A stretch of DNA of 63,992 nt, the filler included, from Licmophora abbreviata (taxonomy: Eukaryota), in NCBI GenBank assembly GCA_900291995.1. It is 47 parts of 47 records of this genome, joined end to end, with 100 filler letters (N's around TTAATTAATTAA, not from the genome) between each part and the next. Parts side by side here need not be neighbours in the genome. Positions count along the whole stretch, not along the records: positions 60,168 to 61,386 come from OLMU01006662.1; positions 61,487 to 62,703 come from OLMU01006663.1; positions 62,804 to 63,992 come from OLMU01006673.1; 44 more parts are not named here. One strand, 5' to 3'. Positions 60,068 through 63,992 of this stretch are shown here, piece after piece. Positions within the stretch are counted from its first letter, which is position 1, and each line of letters starts with the position of its first letter. Below the pieces are notes generated by a model. That model was not told where the DNA came from. It searched no databases and worked only from the letters and a program-made list of their open reading frames with translations. Position numbers and translations under genes: made by a program.

Positions 60068-60883
60068 NNNNNNNNNNNNNNNNNNNNNNNNNNNNNNNNN
60101 NNNNNNNNNNNTTAATTAATTAANNNNNNNNNNNNNNNNNNNNNNNNNNNNNNNNNNNNNNNNNNNNATGCTCACAAAATTGGCTGTGCCGAATGAAAAA
60201 ATATTAAAAATGCGTATATCTTTTGCCCCGTAATGTCGCACAATCAATCCATACACAAGCAAGGGTCAGTCAACAACACATGGATGGGTTCCGCTCCGCG
60301 GTCGACTTTGGGTCATTGAGCATAGCGATCATCACGATCTCTGTCATTCTACAAGTAGCGATAGAGCAGAGCAATCATCACGATCTCTGTCATTGGACAA
60401 GCAGCGACACACGGGCATCATCGAGTTGTAGTTCTGGACTCATCTGTTTGATTCGATTGGCCCGGCGTGCGCCTACCGTTTACCGAAGTTCGAGGGGCGT
60501 CATCCATTCCGATTCGAAAGAAAAGCGGGAGATCTGTCTTTGGCTTTCGCGTCGTCTCTGTGTTGGATGATTCTTCTTTAGAACCACTAGCAGTAGGTAC
60601 TCAATTTTCATGGACTGCGCAATACTACACATGACTACAAGCTCGCTCAAGGGCTGGATTCATCTTGCCCGTACAGCATGGAGATTTGGAAGCGAGATGA
60701 TCCGGGAGATGGGATTGTACAAGTCTTCGACCTCCTAGTGGACGAAGAGAGCACTGCTGCAGAGCCTGCCAGGAGCGATCGTAACACGTTGAGTTTGTTG
60801 GAGACTCGGATACAGTGGGATTCGGAAATCTAGTACCTACGAAATCTGGTATGATCTACTCTATTTGAGTGTAAGTTCCCCTG

Positions 60884-61386
60884 TTGTTGATGGGATTGCC
60901 TGCGCTGCGAAAGGCCACGGATCTGTGTCAGTCGTGGGCTGCTCGTGTCGGACGAACGCTAAACGTGGACTACAGTGTGATTGCACCGAGTGGTATTACT
61001 GCCGAGGGCATGCGCCACGTGTATCGTCGGTGTTTATTTGACGACTCGCAATCGCAAGAAGCGCTGGAATCAGCGGATGCTGTGGTGGTGTACATTGGGA
61101 ACAACGATCAAACTGAGATTGCCATATCCATGGAAGATGCTCTCTACAGTCGCTTTTACAAACTGTTGCAGCTCATTCGCACCTCCCGTGGTGAAGGCGT
61201 CAAGATTATCGTGGTGGCCCCACACCAAGATGCAGTGGTGGCGTGTATAATGAATGAGCACCAGCGACACAAGACTGCCAAAACACAAAAAGGTCGCATG
61301 GACACGAGCAGTGAACGAAATAGGTGAAGAGGCGAGCGGATGTTACGTTGTGGAAGCCCGCCATCAACAACAGATTCAACTCAATT
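60884..61386 (+). CDS. SGNH/GDSL-like hydrolase fragment (eukaryotic; spliced or frameshifted)
   Basis: SWAARVG..L..DYSVIA.SG, VVVYIGNND. Confidence 0.55.
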
Positions 61387-61486
61387 NNNNNNNNNNNNNN
61401 NNNNNNNNNNNNNNNNNNNNNNNNNNNNNNTTAATTAATTAANNNNNNNNNNNNNNNNNNNNNNNNNNNNNNNNNNNNNNNNNNNN

Positions 61487-61922
61487 TTAATTTACTAAAT
61501 GCGCTCAGCATCAGTAGATTGGCAAATCGTTTGCGTTTCCTGTTGGAGGAATGGGGTGCAGGCTCGACTACCCTTTTTATCAAAGCGGCAAACTCTGTCC
61601 ACTCTTCAATGATGAGCGGGTAGTGCCTCTTTTTGCGCTGTTCGCTGAAGTGGGAGCGGGCGGACGCCACGGACACGCTGCTGGTAAAATAAGGCGGAAC
61701 AATAGCAGTCGACAAGAATTTCTCTGCTGAGTAGACGAAAAGGCCACTCTCAGTGAGAGCGTCAGCATTGTCATCGACGAACGTCTTTTTTGGTTGTTCC
61801 ACTGTTCACGAGCCAGTTCCTCTTCATGAGTGAGCTTGCGTTTGGTTTTGTCCACGGCAAAATGCTTCGAGAACAAGTCAAGCTCCTTGAACCCGTCCAC
61901 TTTTGTGATAAGCGACTCCATC
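61487..61922 (-). CDS. Hypothetical protein 5' part (frameshift near the A-run at ~61790)
   Basis: Two overlapping minus-strand ORFs. No family recognised. Confidence 0.3.
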
Positions 61923-62803
61923 TTTTGAAGTTTCGAAGAAACGAATTTTCTTTCTTCTGGATCTGATGGATTGTCTTGATTGCGAAGACTTTGTTTCTTT
62001 GAAGGAAAGCTACGAGAGGCAGAAGACCATGGTCGTGGCTGTAGTCTACTGTCCCATTTCCAGTTTCGAATTTGTGTTCGGTATTTTGTATTTTGTGTTT
62101 TGCCATCAAAGATGACTTGGCGAGCTCTCCGTGATTTTGATATGTAGTGTGTATATATATTTGTACATACTTCTTTTCGTAGGAACGACCATACAACGAT
62201 GACAGCGCCGCTTCCCGTCTGCTCAGCGAAGCTAAGCATCGTCTGGCCCGGTTAGTACTACGGTGGGGGACCACGTTGGAATCCCGGGTGTTGTTCTTTT
62301 TGCACTTTTTACGAGTACAACCAGCACAGTTCTCTTGCACTTGCACTTGTAGTCAATGCAGACATACGCATGTCACATTAACTAAATGTCGAAAGTGCGT
62401 AGTGACGAGAGAGCAAAGTTTGGATGGGAAGAGCACGATCTATGATGATCACAGCCACTATAACTTGCACAAGTAGTGCGACAATGATACGTAAACAAAG
62501 TAGAAAGCAGCTCTATATAAAACTCTTCTAGTGTGTTCCATTGTTATGACAATACGGTACGAGTCTCGACTGAACTGACTGACTCGACTCTTCTCTAACC
62601 GGCGCGGGTATCCTCCCAGCTGTCTAGATTGATGACAACCAGCTTTTCAGTACCATCATTGCCAGGGACATAAATGACATTTTGCCCATACGACCAATCC
62701 AGANNNNNNNNNNNNNNNNNNNNNNNNNNNNNNNNNNNNNNNNNNNNTTAATTAATTAANNNNNNNNNNNNNNNNNNNNNNNNNNNNNNNNNNNNNNNNN
62801 NNN

Positions 62804-63992
62804 CCCCGTGATCATACTCATGCGCTCCTTGAAAGAGGCATATCCAGAATGAGGTGCCATCGATGCAAGTGCACGCTGCTTCTGCCTCGTCGTTGTCGAA
62901 AGTTGTCTGAATTGAGAGTTGCTGCAGAGCCGCACAGATCCGGATACCAAGACCGCTCGGCTTTACTTGGGCTACGAACCGTGCGGTCTTTGATGTGTGA
63001 TAAAACTTTGGCACTACAGAGAGCTTTGAAACACTCCACTTGCTCGTTCGATCGGCCTTTTCAGACTCGACGCCTAAATCTGAATCGCCCAAACCCGTGA
63101 CGTTGGTGGGAAGGTTCAAGTTCTCCAAAACCTTCTGAGAATGTAGTTGAATGCTATTCTGCAACGGGAAGTTTAGCTTGGCGGCGTTCAATACTTCAGT
63201 GACTCGACTCTGAAGGAGGATTGTGTGATTGCGGACAGCACAAGATAGGTAATACAATACTTCACATCCATTCTTCTCCACATCTGTGTGTTCCGAGTGC
63301 TGCTGCATCGCATTGATGACACACGTAATGCCTCCCGCTTTCGCGATGGCGACTTGGTTGTCGGCGTTGTTAGCGGCGAGTCTCCCCAACGCCCAACAGC
63401 CATATTCTTGCACACCCACATGATAGGAGTGCTGTTGCATCGCGTCGGTGACACACGTAATGCCTCCCGCTTTCGCTATGGCAACTTGGTTGTCGGCACT
63501 ATTATTCGCCAAAGTCGAGGCTGCCCCACAGCCACATTCTTGCACGCCCGCATGATACGGGTACTGCTGCATCGCATTGATGACACATGTAATACCTCTC
63601 GCCTTCGCTATCGCGACTTGGTTGTCGGCATTGTCACCAGCCAACGTCGACAGTGTCAAACAACCAAAATGTTGCACACACGCATGATCCGAGTGCTGCT
63701 GCATCGCGTTAGTGACACACGAGATGCCTCCGGCTTCCGCAATGGCGACCTGGTTGTCGGCATTGCTACCAGCCAAAGACGACAAAGCCAAACATCCGCA
63801 TTCTTGCAAAACCGCATGATCCGAGTGCTGTTGCATCGCGTTGATAACACCCACAATTCCTCCCGCTTTCGCAATCGAAACTTGGTTGTCGGTGTTGTTG
63901 AAAGCCAGTTTCCACAATGCCTCACAGCCACATTCTTGCACGACCGCAAGATCCGAGTGACGCTGCATCGCGTTGATGATACGCGTGATGCC
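62804..63992 (-). CDS. Armadillo-repeat protein with near-identical 42-aa repeats plus a C-terminal domain (partial)
   Basis: About 6 copies of VQECGC.AL..LA..NADNQVAIAKAGGITCVINAMQQHS with a 126-bp DNA period. Confidence 0.88.

Noticed and set aside
60329..60420. 46-bp two-copy tandem duplication (ATCACGATCTCTGTCATT)
   Set aside because: Two copies only, with no associated structure; an ordinary local duplication.

Overview
This window is not contiguous DNA. It is 47 short contigs (about 1320 bp falling to about 1190 bp, roughly length-sorted) joined by an artificial 100-nt spacer, N44-TTAATTAATTAA-N44, so adjacency across spacers has no biological meaning. Four genomes are mixed. (1) A diatom-like nuclear genome with spliced genes and many transposon fragments: Ty1/copia, Ty3/gypsy, tyrosine-recombinase (DIRS/Ngaro-type) retroelements, LINEs and DNA transposons. 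(2) Its mitochondrion: a cox1 exon between two group II introns. (3) Its plastid: psaL, petL, ycf4. (4) GC-rich Rhodobacteraceae-like bacterial DNA: cobW, mmcB with a LexA box, tRNA-His, an RND pump, an IS3 element and a phage tape measure gene. Best leads are a Gypsy pol carrying what looks like a catalytically dead C5 cytosine-methyltransferase fold after RNase H (29533-30021); a complete non-autonomous TIR element with palindromic 40-bp arrays that appears to have captured a decayed, intron-containing piece of SPT16 (21037-22328); a bacterial kinase fused to an acetyl-CoA-synthetase-like C-terminal domain lacking the key lysine; and a LINE 3' end followed by inward-facing telomeric repeats. 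Many frameshifts fall in homopolymer runs and are probably sequencing errors. All family assignments come from motif recognition by eye, not from database searches.
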